Shown piece by piece: positions 37,901-43,900 of a stretch of DNA of 64,000 nt (position 1 is the first letter of the stretch; every line of letters begins with the position of its first letter). Source of the stretch: Tubulanus polymorphus (taxonomy: Eukaryota; Animalia; Nemertea); contig NC_134027.1 of assembly GCF_964204645.1 (NCBI RefSeq), forward strand, positions 5,860,485-5,924,484, read 5' to 3'. The notes beneath the pieces were generated by a model, which worked only from the letters and a program-made list of their open reading frames with translations, ran no database searches and was not told where the DNA came from. Made by a program: the position numbers and the translations under genes.

Positions 37901-40900
37901 ATGGCCGCCGAGCAAAAGCTCCGAGTTTAAAAGTTTAGACGACTGTACAAATAGTAAATCGGGATCTTACATAGTAGAATAAGGTGAGAGCGAAAAGTGA
38001 TCAACCTAAAGTTTTGATTATTAAAAGCTGAAATTAATTATACTACTATATGCAGAGAAAATGAGGTGCACAGAATGTGAAATGAAAGGGGCGAGCTAAT
38101 TATCGCCCAAAAACATTCCATTTAAAAAAAATGAGGAGGGCTCCGTAGCGGAAAAACAAACTATACATTAACGACAACATTTTAAACTATTTAACAGGAA
38201 TTTCCGCTACACAGCCCCCCACCAGCCCTGAATGCCCCATTCAGAACAGGCGACCAAACTACATATAAAAAAAAGGAAAATACATTATCACATAAAATAC
38301 GTTACATCAACAATATTACATTAACAGTCAGCAGGACTTCTACGATCACGAACTAGGCGCAAAGTTTTTCGATCATACGGTCTTTCATCTCTTCTTGAAT
38401 TGTACAAAATTTGCAGTCAAATCGGTCACCGGGTCGACCCTCAATCGAAATAGTGCCGCCCCACAGTTCATGCCGGTGAATGACACGAATCGGAACTCGC
38501 GGATCGCTGGGCGCTGTTGTTGAGTTGTCTAAAGGAATTAGTTTCCACGCGTCGTTTGCGGTGGGCATATCTGTAGAAACGGAAGATGCGGAATCGGACG
38601 GAATCGGAATTTGATTATTAATGGCTACCGGTTCGACGGGTTTCCTCTTACTTATCAATACAGTTCTTGATACATGGTCTTCGTTCACGGACGGTTTCGT
38701 AATTGGAACAGAATCGGCAGGTTCCGGAATGACATCGTCGAGGTCATCGAACAATTTGGCAAATTCGATGTCCATGTCATCCAAGGTTAGTATCGGCATG
38801 TCTGCAAAATTTTCTTCATCTTTCGTTGTCGATTTTACGGCCGCGGGTGCGGGGTCTGTATTTATTTTCGAGACCGCGCTTTTTAATACCGGTTTCGACT
38901 CCGATTCTTCGAGCAGCTTGATTAAGCCTAGGTATTTCGATCCATTGTCTTTGAAAATCTTATAGTGTTTGGTTTCTATGTGAGCTTTCACCTCTTCCCG
39001 GTCTTCCGCTCCTTCACCGCGCGTCATACATCTATAGAACCTCTTAAATATAAATGGAGACGAACCAGCCCGAGATTTGTACGGTGCACAATAAAACTCG
39101 AGATGTCTCTTCTTGTTGTAATTGGCAGAAAATTTTCGCTTGCAATACTTGCAGTACCAATTTGCGGGTCGTCGGTTCTCTTTCATTGCGTTAGTCTTCA
39201 TGACTTCAACTGAAAGGAAAGAAAACAGGCCAGAGATTAGAACAACAGTCTCAGTCCCAACCCATGCGTTTGGGTGGGCGAATAGGACGCCCAGTTCTCG
39301 TTTGGTACGGTTGACAGTTGAGATTTGGATCGTCGCTAGGTGAAACATCGTTGCCTCGAGAAAAGACATCATTAGTTACGAGATACTCTTTTAATCGGTC
39401 ACTATGGACGCATTTCTCCTTCCCGGAGGGAAGCCTGACACGAAAAATTACATCGTTAAAATTCTCAAGTATGGTACATGGCCCAGACCATAAGCATGAT
39501 AGCTTTTTCGTTCTACCCGGCATTGTGGAAGGGGTATACAGCCAGACTCTAGAATCTATCGCAAATGTGTGTGGTTTAGATTTGACATTGTATTGTGTTT
39601 TGTTTCTTTCAGCTCGCTTATGAGTTTGTATGCGGACCTCGTGAAAAGACTCTGATAACCGGTGCTTCATTTCAATAACGTATTGACTGCTGATGACTGG
39701 AATTTCGCAGCGAGGACCACCTGTGATAACGTCAATGGGTAGGTCAATTTCGCGACCCAACATCAATCGGTTTGGGCTAAACCCAGTTGCATCGTGTATC
39801 GTCGCCCTGTACGCCATGGTGACGTATGGTAAGTGTTGGTCCCAGTCCATCTGGTTTTCTTCAACCTTAAAAGACAGACACATTAACAATGTTCGGTTAT
39901 TACGTTCGATCATTCCATTCGATTGGGGTCGAAATGCGGTACTTCTGGTTTTATGGATTTGAAGGAGTTCACACACTTCCGCCATCAATTTGGACTGGAA
40001 GTTTCGACCTTGGTCCGAATGTATGATTCTGGGGACGCCAAATCGAGTAATAAACTCGTCTACGAGTATCCGGGCGCAAGTTACTGCTTCTTGGTTCGGA
40101 ATTGCGTATGCTTCGATCCACTTCGTAAAATAGTCACCAATAACTAATATATAGATGTTTCCATCATATGTTTCAGGTAATGGACCCAATATATCCATCG
40201 ATACTCTCTCCATAGGTTGGCCTACCAGATAGTTGTTCATGGGTGCTTTTAATCTACTGGAGGACTTCTTTGAAGCGCACTTATCACACCCTCTACAGAA
40301 ACACTTTACGTCATCACCGATACCGTGCCAAAAAAAACGATCGTGAACTAAAAAGAGGGTCTTTTTGACACCAAAGTGACCCCCGACTGCAGATGAATGA
40401 ATATGGTCGAGGACTTGCTTCCTAAACTTTTCAGGTAAGATTAATAGAGTTGAGTCCGGGTAACCTTCTCTTCTCTTTATAATGTGTAAGAGCCCCTCAA
40501 TCATTTTCAGATCATTCCAGTGGGTCCAATAAAATTTGCAGGCAACACCTTGTGAGGAAACTTGATGCCATCCGGGGCGTTCATCATCTCGGATGTGAGC
40601 AAGGACCCATTTCAAGTCTCTTTCTTTCCCCTGTTCTAGTTTCATATTCTCGAGTGACCACTCTGACGACGGTAAGAACTCGCTGTAGGAATACGGCTTG
40701 TCGTTGTGAATTGTCATTTTCTTAACTGCTCGTTTCCTCACAGATATTGGTGTTTGTTTTTCAGAACAGATTCCTTCAATCCTCTCGCACTGACGACAGG
40801 GCATGCGCGATAGAGCATCAGCGTTACCATGGCTTCGACCCGGTCGGTGTACGATGTCGAACTGGTATGCACTCAGTAGAGATATCCAGCGAGCTACTTG

Positions 40901-43900
40901 GCCTTCTGGTTCTTTAAACGACATCAGCCACCTCAAGGATGAATGGTCAGTCCGGATTGTGAATTTCTTGTCGGCAAGGTAATATTTGAACTGTTTTACA
41001 AAGGCGACGACAGCTAAAAGCTCCCTGCGGGTCACGCAATAATTCCTCTCGGCTTTCGTTAAACAACGGCTAGCACAGGCGATAATTCTCTCCTTGCCCT
41101 CTTGAACTTGACTGACGACACCTCCAATTGCGAATGCTGACGCATCAGTGTCCAGGATAAACGGTAACCTTGGATCGGGAAAAGCCAGAACTGGTGAGTG
41201 AGTCAAAATTGACTTCAGCTCACGGAAAGCTTCTTCGCATTGGACATCCCATCTGAATTCCCTCCCCTTTTCCGTCAGCCGATGAAGAGGTTTTGCAGTT
41301 TCAGCGAACCCTTGGCAAAACGACCGATAGTATGATGCTAAACCAAGGAAAGATCGAGTCTCTGTGACGTTTTTAGGAGTGGGCCAATTCTGGATTATTT
41401 CGATTTTGCTTTCTGAACATGATATACCATCAGCGGAGATATGGTGTCCAAGAAAATTGACTGACGTTCTAAACAGCTCACATTTCTTAGGTTTTAGTTT
41501 TAGGCCAGCCTGTCGCAGACACTTGAAGACAGTACGTAGGTTGGTCATCATCCCAAGGAAACTACCAGCATGAACAATAACGTCGTCCAGGTAAACCAGA
41601 GCAATTTCTGGGATAAGACTTCTGAATACCTTTTCCATTAGCCTTTGAAACGTGGCACCACTATTCTTCAAGCCCATGGGCATCTTACGGAATTGGTATA
41701 GGCCTTTCCCGCCCACAACAAAAGCTGTCTTTTCCTTAGAGTTTTCGTGTACCTTCACCTGCCAGTACCCCGATGCTAGATCAAGGGTGCTGAGGTACTT
41801 CACGTCAGCCAGTGATCTGATAGTGTCGTTGATAATAGGTAAAGGATAACTATCTGCCTTGGTTACAGCATTAACATCACGATAATCTAAACACAGTCGA
41901 ATAGTGTTATCCGGCTTACGAACCACGACAATACTGCTGCACCACGGACTATCAGATTCTTCAATCACGCGTGCTTTCAGCATGTCATCGACTAACTTAT
42001 TGACTTCTTCTTGTGTTGCTAGGGGCAACCGCCGAAAGCGTTGTTTTGTCGGAACAGCGTTACCTACGTCGATGACGTGTGAAGTCTCTGAGGCCTCTCC
42101 AAGATCTAAATTAGAGGAGGCGAAAACGTCCGAAAATTCAGATAGTAGTTGTTTCACATCGTGACATTCATCAGTGGACAGACCTTCGCAACTCCGGTGG
42201 TACAAATCTTGTAGAAATTCAGGTAATTGGTCGTTTGAATTCGACGTTTTCGATGTACTAGTTTCAGTATATATTTTAGAAATTTGTCCGATTACCCCTA
42301 AGGGTGTCCCTTTATGAATGATCTTCGGATGCGAGCTAAGGTTCACCATACGAACAGGAATATGACTACTATTTATATTAACGACCTCTTTAGCGACGAG
42401 TACTTCTGGCCCTAGCCTCCAGTTGTTGCTAGATTCTATTAAACCCCATTGTCCAGGTGGTAACGCCGTCTTTACATGACCCGATACCACAACTTCAGAA
42501 TTCGGAGGTAAGACTAATTTCTCATAGTTACGAACGTAGGTAGAGTTCTGTTCGAGATGGCCCGTCGGATTAGAAAAAGCTTGATTCCCCCGGCATGTCA
42601 CAGTGCCGGTACCCGGGTGGATATGGCAGTCATATGCGACAAGAAAATCCATTCCTAGAATAGCATCATCTGTGATGTCAGCGACTATCACGTCCCACAT
42701 TATGTTAGAAGAAAAGAGACCCAACGGAACTCTAGCTGTCCCTGCGACATCCAGGGAGCTATTATCAGCAGTATATAAATTATACTTTGTGTCCCTCAAG
42801 GTGAGTTTCTTCTTTTCGCTGATTTCAGAAAATAATTTCTTACTCCACACTGTGAAGTGTGCGCCCGTATCTACTAAATACTTCGTGTCACGGCCGAGAA
42901 TTCTTGCAGACAGATGTATAGATTCAGGTAAAGCATTCTCATATGAAAGAACCTTGATCTTTCCTGGCTGATTAAATTCGATAGGTAGGTGAGGATGTGT
43001 CTGTCCGGGTGTTACCCCTTCCCTCTCAGGAGTAACGGTATCTAGTTTCCCTGCTTCTTTGTGTAACTCGACTTGGATTGTTCCCATGGTCTATTGGGAG
43101 CTTGTCTTCGACCTCCGAGGTGGGGACAATTGACTCGGATGTGGCCCTGTTGGTCGCAGTTAAAACATCTTCGATTTTCTGCAGAGGTTGGGTTCTGCGT
43201 TTTAATAGCCCGGACGTCAGCGGCCAACCGGGTAACAGCATCCGTCAGTTGTTGGATAGCCCTGGAATCATCAGAGTTCGCGACAGGCGTGGAGGTGACC
43301 GCGTTTATTTGCGACCTGACGTTCTCATGGTGTCGATTATTTTCCATCGCGTGTATGCTCTCTAATTCGAGCGCATAATTTACCAGTGCATCATATGAGC
43401 ATGTATCCTTCTGATACATCAGAACCCGAGTCTCGACTTCTGGAAGGGCCTCGATAAAATGGTTCCGACAGAGGCGTTCCCTCTGTTTTGGGGTCAAGTC
43501 CGGATAGGCTAATCTTCCCATAGAAATGATCGTCTGACCAAGTTCCCTCAGCGACTCGCCTCGTTTACGTCGACGAGATCGTAATTCTGCAAGATGAATT
43601 TCTGCTCTATGGCTTGGTCCGAATCTACTCTCCAGAGCTGCACATAATTGAAAATAATTAGTTATTTTATCTCCCATCAGATTGCAAGCTAATTGTCTGG
43701 CAGCACCACGTAGATGAGAAAACAGCATATCAGCTTTAGTTGGCGAGTCCCATCCATTCAGACGAGACACTGTCTCGAACGTTAAAAAGTAATCATTCCA
43801 CGGTTCATCACCATTGTAACACTCAGGTTTTATTTTGCAGGTCAAAATACGGGACACTTGACCCGAAACATCAGTGTGGGAAGATCGAGACCTGTTCACT

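Noticed and set aside
36758-38211. Self-cleaving ribozyme (hammerhead or HDV-like) in the structured LTR
   Set aside because: No CUGAUGA...GAAA core in a three-way junction and no nested double pseudoknot was found by eye. An Infernal scan would be decisive.
39202-39372. N-terminal 57 aa of the 339-aa ORF, with a hydrophobic stretch suggesting an env signal peptide
   Set aside because: It overlaps the pol 3' end, and the hydrophobic run ([13 protein letters not shown]) is just the translated branch point and polypyrimidine tract. The rest of the ORF has no TM anchor or furin site, so an env call is not supported.
39251-39480. Possible chromodomain at the integrase C-terminus
   Set aside because: After the GP(C) module the tail is short and low-complexity ([12 protein letters not shown]), with no aromatic-cage pattern.
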